The notes under the pieces were generated by a model. It had not been told where the DNA came from. It searched no databases and saw nothing but the letters and a program-made list of their open reading frames with translations. From a virus (lineage: Duplodnaviria; Heunggongvirae; Uroviricota; Caudoviricetes), in the IMG/VR virus record IMGVR_UViG_2585427741_000003: a stretch of 20,949 bases of DNA. One strand, given 5' to 3'. Shown one piece after another: positions 16,282 through 20,949 of the stretch. The position numbers and the translations under genes are program-made. Numbering within the stretch: position 1 is the first letter of the stretch; each line of letters begins with the position of its first letter.

Positions 16282-17176
16282 CCTTTCGCAGTTGCCTGCA
16301 CCGCAGATTGTGGATGTGCCGGACTTTGAGACGCTGCTTGCCGAACGCAAGGCAGAATTTGTGGCGCTTCATCCGAAAGATGAGCAGGAAGCCGTGATCC
16401 GCACGCTGGAACTGGAATCTGAACCCGTCACTAAATTGTTGCAGGAGAACGCTTACCGTGAGTTGCTTCTGCGCCAGCGCATTAACGAAGCCGCGCAGGC
16501 GGTGATGGTGGCTTACGCGATGGGCGGCGATCTTGACCAGCTCGCTGCCAACTACAACGTGACACGCCTGACGGTGACGCCTGCTGATAATGATGCTGTG
16601 CCGCCCGTTGCAGCTGTGATGGAAAGCGATGAAGCGTTACGCCTGCGTGTGCCTGCAGCCTTTGAAGGGCTTTCAGTTGCGGGGCCAACTGTAGCTTATG
16701 AATTTCATGCCCGAAGCGCCGACGGTCGGGTGGCGGATGCCAGTGCAACCAGCCCGGCACCTGCAGAGGTGGTGCTGACTGTCCTTAGCCGCGAAGGCGA
16801 TGGAACTGCAGAAAAAGACCTGCTGGACGTGGTGGAAAAAGCTCTGAACAGTGAGAACGTCCGCCCGGTGGCTGACCGTCTTACGGTTCGCAGCGCAGAA
16901 ATCATCCCGTATCGCGTGGAAGCCACTATTTTTCTCTATCCGGGACCGGAAGCAGAGCCGGTAATGGCAGCGGCAAAAGCCAGTCTGCAGAAGTACATTG
17001 CCAGCCAGACGAGGCTTGGTCGGGATATTCGCCGTAGCGCCATCTTTGCTGCTCTGCATGTTGAGGGTGTTCAACGTGTGGAACTGGCTTCTCCGCTGGC
17101 GGATGTGGTCCTGAACAAAACACAGGCGGCATCATGTACGCAGTGGAGCGTAACCAACGGAGGAACGGATGAATAG
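16268..17176 (+). CDS. J: Baseplate protein, P2 gpJ-like
   Basis: 302 aa from ATG 16268 (RBS AGGAGC). IDLSQLPAP, TLELESEP, YHGRSADGRVADAS and LHVEGVQRVELASPLAD blocks match recalled P2 gpJ, which has the same length. The ORF-track start at 16229 is an upstream extension. Confidence 0.92.
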   Translation: MAVIDLSQLPAPQIVDVPDFETLLAERKAEFVALHPKDEQEAVIRTLELESEPVTKLLQENAYRELLLRQRINEAAQAVMVAYAMGGDLDQLAANYNVTRLTVTPADNDAVPPVAAVMESDEALRLRVPAAFEGLSVAGPTVAYEFHARSADGRVADASATSPAPAEVVLTVLSREGDGTAEKDLLDVVEKALNSENVRPVADRLTVRSAEIIPYRVEATIFLYPGPEAEPVMAAAKASLQKYIASQTRLGRDIRRSAIFAALHVEGVQRVELASPLADVVLNKTQAASCTQWSVTNGGTDE

Positions 17177-17774
17177 TCTGCTGCCACCGGGTTCAACTTC
17201 ACTGGAGCGCCGACTGGCGCAAACCTGTAGCGGGATTTCTGATCTGCAGGTGCCGCTGCGTGACTTGTGGAATCCGGCGACTTGTCCGGTCAGTTTCCTG
17301 CCTTATCTCGCCTGGGCGTTCTCTGTGGATCGCTGGGACGAGAGCTGGACAGAAAGCGTCAAACGCCAGGTGGTGAAGGATGCTTTTTATATTCATCAGC
17401 ACAAAGGAACCACCAGTGCCGTGCGGCGGGTGGTGGAGCCGTTCGGCTTCCTGATCCGCATTATTGAGTGGTGGCAGACCGGAGAAACACCGGGCACGTT
17501 TCGCCTGGATATCGGCGTGCAGGATCAGGGCATCACTGAAGATACCTATCTGGAACTTGAGCGGCTGATAAGCGATGCCAAACCATGTAGCCGTCACATG
17601 ATCGGCATGTCCATCAATCTGCAGACCAGCGGTCCGCATTGGGTGGGGGCCGCCAGCTATCTTGGCGAAGAAATCACGATCTATCCGTATATCAACGAAA
17701 CAATTATTTCCGGCGGCACCGCGCATGAAGGCGGGGCGGTCCATGTTATTGACACAATGAGAGTGAATCCATGA
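17169..17774 (+). CDS. I: Baseplate / tail-fibre attachment protein, P2 gpI-like
   Basis: 201 aa; LWNP.TCP, LAWAFSVDRWDE, HKGT and GTFRLDIGV blocks match recalled P2 gpI. Confidence 0.9.
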   Translation: MNSLLPPGSTSLERRLAQTCSGISDLQVPLRDLWNPATCPVSFLPYLAWAFSVDRWDESWTESVKRQVVKDAFYIHQHKGTTSAVRRVVEPFGFLIRIIEWWQTGETPGTFRLDIGVQDQGITEDTYLELERLISDAKPCSRHMIGMSINLQTSGPHWVGAASYLGEEITIYPYINETIISGGTAHEGGAVHVIDTMRVNP

Positions 17775-19168
17775 GCACAAAATTTTATACCCTGCTGACG
17801 GATATTGGCGCGGCGAAACTTGCCAGCGCCGCCGCGCTCGGTGTGCCTTTAAAAATTACCCATATGGCGGTAGGCGATGGCGGCGGAACATTGCCAACGC
17901 CGGACGCAAAGCAGACAGCATTAGTAAATGAGAAACGCCGGGCTGCGCTGAATATGCTGTACATCGACCCGCAGAACAGCAGCCAGATTATTGCCGAACA
18001 GGTGATCCCTGAAAACGAGGGCGGTTGGTGGATACGTGAAGTGGGCTTGTTTGATGAGTCCGGGGCATTGATTGCCGTGGGCAACTGCCCGGAAAGCTAT
18101 AAGCCGCAACTGGCTGAAGGTAGCGGGCGCACTCAGACCGTGCGCATGGTGCTGATTACCAGCAGCACGGACAATATCACCCTGAAAATCGACCCTGCCG
18201 TCGTGCTGGCAACCCGCAAGTATGTGGATGACAAGGTACTGGAGCTGAAGGTGTTCGTGGATGATAAGATGGCAAAACATCTTGCCGCACCGGACCCGCA
18301 TTCACAGTATGCACCCAAAGAAAGCCCGACATTGACCGGAACACCCAAAGCGCCAACGCCAGCGGAGGGGAATAACACCACGCAGATTGCGACCACCGCG
18401 TTTGTTCAGGCGGCACTGATGGCCCTTATTAATGGTGCGCCAGCCACACTGGATACGCTGAAAGAAATTGCCGCTGCCATTAATAATGACCCGAAATTCA
18501 GTACCACCATTAACAATGCGCTGGCACTGAAAGCGCCGCTGTTAAGTCCGGCACTCACCGGAACGCCAACAGCCCCCACTGCCGCACAGTCGGTTAACAA
18601 TACACAGATTGCCACCACGGCTTTTGTGAAATCGGCAATTGCGGCAATGGTGGGGTCTGCACCTGCTGCACTGGATACACTGAACGAACTGGCTGCGGCG
18701 CTGGGGAATGACCCGAACTTTGCCACGACAATGCTTAATGCGCTGGCAGGTAAACAACCGCTGGACAATACGCTGACTAATTTGAGTGGAAAGGATGTAG
18801 CTGGTCTTCTCGCATACCTTGGTTTGGGAGAATTATCTCTGGCTGGCACTGCATCGGGTGTCATTGGCCTGAATGGGTATGTAACGATCCCGTTAATTAT
18901 TTCAGGTTCCCGGAGAACACTGATTATTCAGTGGGGGCAGGCGAGATTTGGTGGGTCTGGTGGTGAAGATGCCGGATATCTTAACGATTTTCCTTTTGCC
19001 TTTCCGTCAGCATGTTATGGAATGATAGTTAGTCATGTGGGGCATACACCTTCAGGCGCAGGAATCTTGTCGGCTTCTGCAATTACATCAAATCAGTTCC
19101 GCGGTTTTTCAAGCATAGCGACTGCTGCAAACGCTGTATTAGGTCGTTATATCGCTATAGGGGTGTAA
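17771..19168 (+). CDS. H: Tail fibre protein, P2 gpH-like; C-terminal about 116 codons (18820-19168) lie inside the invertible segment
   Basis: 465 aa; N-terminal 160 aa match recalled P2 gpH (MAVGDGGG, AESYKPALAEGSGR-like blocks). Central tandem fibre repeats (ALTGTPTAPT...NNTQIATTAFV...LDTLNELAAALGNDPNFATT) are shared with P2 H. The C-terminus downstream of the crossover site is unrelated to P2 H. Confidence 0.9.
   Translation: MSTKFYTLLTDIGAAKLASAAALGVPLKITHMAVGDGGGTLPTPDAKQTALVNEKRRAALNMLYIDPQNSSQIIAEQVIPENEGGWWIREVGLFDESGALIAVGNCPESYKPQLAEGSGRTQTVRMVLITSSTDNITLKIDPAVVLATRKYVDDKVLELKVFVDDKMAKHLAAPDPHSQYAPKESPTLTGTPKAPTPAEGNNTTQIATTAFVQAALMALINGAPATLDTLKEIAAAINNDPKFSTTINNALALKAPLLSPALTGTPTAPTAAQSVNNTQIATTAFVKSAIAAMVGSAPAALDTLNELAAALGNDPNFATTMLNALAGKQPLDNTLTNLSGKDVAGLLAYLGLGELSLAGTASGVIGLNGYVTIPLIISGSRRTLIIQWGQARFGGSGGEDAGYLNDFPFAFPSACYGMIVSHVGHTPSGAGILSASAITSNQFRGFSSIATAANAVLGRYIAIGV
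18322..18762 (+). repeat. Two tandem ~220-bp (about 74-codon) imperfect repeats inside the tail-fibre gene
   Basis: Protein-level repeat: TLTGTPKAPTPAEGNNTTQIATTAFVQAALMALINGAPATLDTLKEIAAAINNDPKFSTTINNALALKAP versus ALTGTPTAPTAAQSVNNTQIATTAFVKSAIAAMVGSAPAALDTLNELAAALGNDPNFATTMLNALAGKQP. Confidence 0.8.
18807..18832. promoter_or_regulatory. Left crossover site of the invertible segment (gix/hix/pix-like, 26 bp)
   Basis: TTCTCGCATACCTTGGTTTGGGAGAA: 26 bp with imperfect dyad symmetry around a central TT. The inner 14 bp TTGGTTTGGGAGAA are exactly repeated in inverted orientation at 20679-20692. Confidence 0.7.
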
Positions 19169-19169
19169 T

Positions 19170-19607
19170 ATGTTTTATAGTCCATCTTTAAACATTTTTG
19201 TGAATCCTGCACTTAAGGATGATTACATTAATGCAAATTCATGGCCAGATGATGCTCTGGCTGTCAGTGATGATGTTTATAATGAATTTGCAATCAATAC
19301 GCCTCCAGATGACAAAATTCGTGTTGCAGGAAAAAATGGATTACCCACATGGGCACTAATACCTCCACCATCACATGAAGAACTTATTCAACAGCCAGAA
19401 TCAGAAAGGCAATTATTGCTTAATCAGGCCAACGAATACATGAACAGTAAGCAATGGCCCGGTAAAGCCGCTATTGGTCGTCTGAAAGGTGATGAACTGG
19501 CGCAATATAATTTGTGGCTGGATTATCTGGACGCACTGGAGCTGATCGATACTTCCGGTGCGCCAGATATTGAATGGCCTACGCCTCCGGCAGTTCAGGC
19601 CAGATGA
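19170..19607 (+). CDS. Tail fibre assembly protein (Tfa/gpG-like), paired with the currently expressed fibre C-terminus
   Basis: 145 aa; starts 1 nt after the H stop; conserved C-terminal Tfa signature (LW.DY.DA.E.ID...APDIEWP). Confidence 0.8.
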   Translation: MFYSPSLNIFVNPALKDDYINANSWPDDALAVSDDVYNEFAINTPPDDKIRVAGKNGLPTWALIPPPSHEELIQQPESERQLLLNQANEYMNSKQWPGKAAIGRLKGDELAQYNLWLDYLDALELIDTSGAPDIEWPTPPAVQAR

Positions 19608-20181
19608 CATCCGGCGCTGTGCTGGTATCTGTTGCCGTCACCGCGTCAATGTAATCCAGCACAGCGTTAAGGCGGGTTGTTTCTGCCTGCGTCAGCTTCC
19701 GTCCGGCCTGTAATTTCAGTTGAATCAGACTGATGGAGGCCATTGCAGTATCAATCAGCGACTGGCGCTGTGCTTCTGCTGCATCTACTGCTGCGCCGTG
19801 CTGTGCCTCGGTATCTGTCACCCATTTCTCACCATTCCATTCATCGTATGGCGTTAACGGGGCGATAGTGGTTGTATTTTCAGGATAATCACCCGGAGCT
19901 GTGATTTCTTTCGATTCTCCTGTTTCGGTGCTATAGACGATTTCACCGCGATGATCTGGCACATATTCCCATGAATTTAAATCTACAGAGCGACAGATTG
20001 CATAACCAGCTTTATGTGTACCTGGTGCATCCAAACAAGAACATGCCGGAATACCGACGCCGACAGCGAGATATTCAGTTGATGTAGAAATATATTCACG
20101 CGTTTCACCATCATAGTTATAAACAGTAATATTTCCTGCCTGGGTGGCGATAAATTCGTTATTTAATACGGCGTAATCCAT
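19579..20181 (-). CDS. Alternative tail fibre assembly protein (Tfa-like), inverted orientation
   Basis: 200 aa on the minus strand; C-terminal LDYIDAVTATDTSTAPDVIWPELP is the same Tfa signature; convergent with and overlapping the plus-strand tfa by 29 bp; start overlaps the stop of the alternative fibre segment (TAATGG). Confidence 0.8.
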   Translation of the reverse strand: MDYAVLNNEFIATQAGNITVYNYDGETREYISTSTEYLAVGVGIPACSCLDAPGTHKAGYAICRSVDLNSWEYVPDHRGEIVYSTETGESKEITAPGDYPENTTTIAPLTPYDEWNGEKWVTDTEAQHGAAVDAAEAQRQSLIDTAMASISLIQLKLQAGRKLTQAETTRLNAVLDYIDAVTATDTSTAPDVIWPELPEA

Positions 20182-20691
20182 TATGCAGCCCTCACGATAT
20201 ACGCAAATGCCAGGTTCCGTGGTCTGGTTTCTTTAATTAAAGAGGAGGCATCAGGTGAACTCACTGATTCAGCACCATTTCTTCCACCAGTGGTATAAGT
20301 AAAAACTCTTTCACTGTTAGACCAGTAATCCACACCAACTGTTTTTGCTGATGAAAAAATGGTTTCATCAGATATAACCTGTTCTATTCCATACGGGATA
20401 TTAGTAACTGACCCCACTTTTGTAGGTATTCCATGATTATGAGAAATTACTGCATGCTCTTGATTCGTTAATAAAGTACGACCGCTATCCACTCCACGCC
20501 CGTCATCCCAGCCACGAATAAACTCACCACGTAAATCAGGCAATTTATTTGTCGGATAAGCCTTTGCCAGTTCCGGGTATTCTTCAGCAGAAAAAGCGGC
20601 ACCGTTGCATTTCAGCCAGCCTGTTGGCGGAGTGGCGGAAGGCCACGGAACAGGCACGCCAACGGGTAATGCCGAACCTTCTCCCAAACCA
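20181..20691 (-). CDS. Alternative tail fibre C-terminal segment (promoterless, expressed only after inversion fuses it to the constant part of H)
   Basis: Minus-strand frame is open from the crossover site (..GLGE GSALPVGVPVPWPSATPPTGWLKCNGAAF...) to the stop at 20181. It shares the in-frame GLGE junction codons with H at 18819-18832. The ORF-track Met at 20732 lies outside the segment and is unlikely to be a real start. Confidence 0.7.
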
Positions 20692-20704
20692 ACGTTTATG
20701 AAAA
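20679..20704. promoter_or_regulatory. Right crossover site of the invertible segment
   Basis: TTCTCCCAAACCAACGTTTATGAAAA with central AA; its reverse complement TTTTCATAAACGTTGGTTTGGGAGAA shares the 14-bp inner half with the left site. Confidence 0.7.
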
Positions 20705-20759
20705 TGCAGAGATAACGGCTAACTGGCATCATCCCCGGTTTTTATTCAGGGGATTGATC

Positions 20760-20949
20760 ATGCTTATTGGCTATGTACGCGTGTCAACAAATGACCAGAA
20801 CACCGATTTGCAACGTAGTGCGCTGAACTGCGCGGGATGTGAGCGGATTTTTGAGGATAAAATCAGCGGCACTAAGTCCGACAGACCGGGGCTGAAAAAA
20901 CTGCTCAGGACACTATCGGCAGGAGACACGCTGGTTGTCTGGAAGCTGG
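20760..20949 (+). CDS. Serine DNA invertase (Gin/Pin/Cin/Hin family), N-terminal part; 3' end outside window
   Basis: MLIGYVRVSTNDQNTDLQRSALNCAGCERIFEDKISGTKSDRPGLKKLLRTLSAGDTLVVWKL: the canonical N-terminus of the small serine invertases, with the catalytic Ser in the YVRVST motif. Confidence 0.9.
   Translation, partial: MLIGYVRVSTNDQNTDLQRSALNCAGCERIFEDKISGTKSDRPGLKKLLRTLSAGDTLVVWKL

Larger units (their letters stand above)
18820..20691. other. Invertible tail-fibre DNA segment (about 1.87 kb), G-segment/C-segment-like
   Basis: Flanked by inverted 26-bp crossover sites. Contains two alternative fibre C-terminal coding segments and two tail-fibre-assembly genes in opposite orientations. 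A serine invertase gene starts 56 bp beyond the right site. Confidence 0.75.

Noticed and set aside
17199-17780. 193-aa minus-strand ORF inside gene I
   Set aside because: Antisense to gpI, which matches recalled P2 gpI blocks.
18406-18864. 152-aa minus-strand ORF inside the tail-fibre gene
   Set aside because: Antisense to the repeat region of H; Ala/Ser-rich low-complexity translation typical of the reverse strand of fibre repeats.
20692-20732. Apparent Met start and first 14 codons of the minus-strand alternative fibre ORF
   Set aside because: These codons lie outside the invertible segment, between the right crossover site and the invertase gene. The segment is an alternative C-terminus expressed only after inversion, not an independent gene.

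Overview
This window is the central part of a P2/186-like (Peduovirinae) prophage, running from the replication region into the tail-fibre region. The left edge is the end of an IS5 copy (1-305) abutting a Dam-type N6-adenine methyltransferase gene that is translationally coupled to the gpA-like rolling-circle replication initiator. Next come an SOS-box-controlled pair (small ORF plus DinI-like gene), a terminator, a GATC cluster and a cos-like sequence. Between cos and the portal gene sits a ~2.1 kb AT-rich cargo cassette that I read as a retron of the Ec86/Sen2 kind: NDT-like effector (4493-5398), msr-msd ncRNA bounded by 11-bp inverted repeats (5386-5545), and a retron reverse transcriptase (5548-6522). 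This is the most interesting locus in the window. The late block follows: Q and P (minus strand), O N M L X, a lysis cassette (holin, endolysin, LysA, LysB/LysC), R, S, V (split over three reading frames, so a pseudogene as sequenced), W, J, I, H. After H comes a Gin/Pin-type invertible tail-fibre segment with 26-bp crossover sites and the 5' end of the invertase gene. All homology statements rest on reading the translations and on recalled family signatures; no database search was run.
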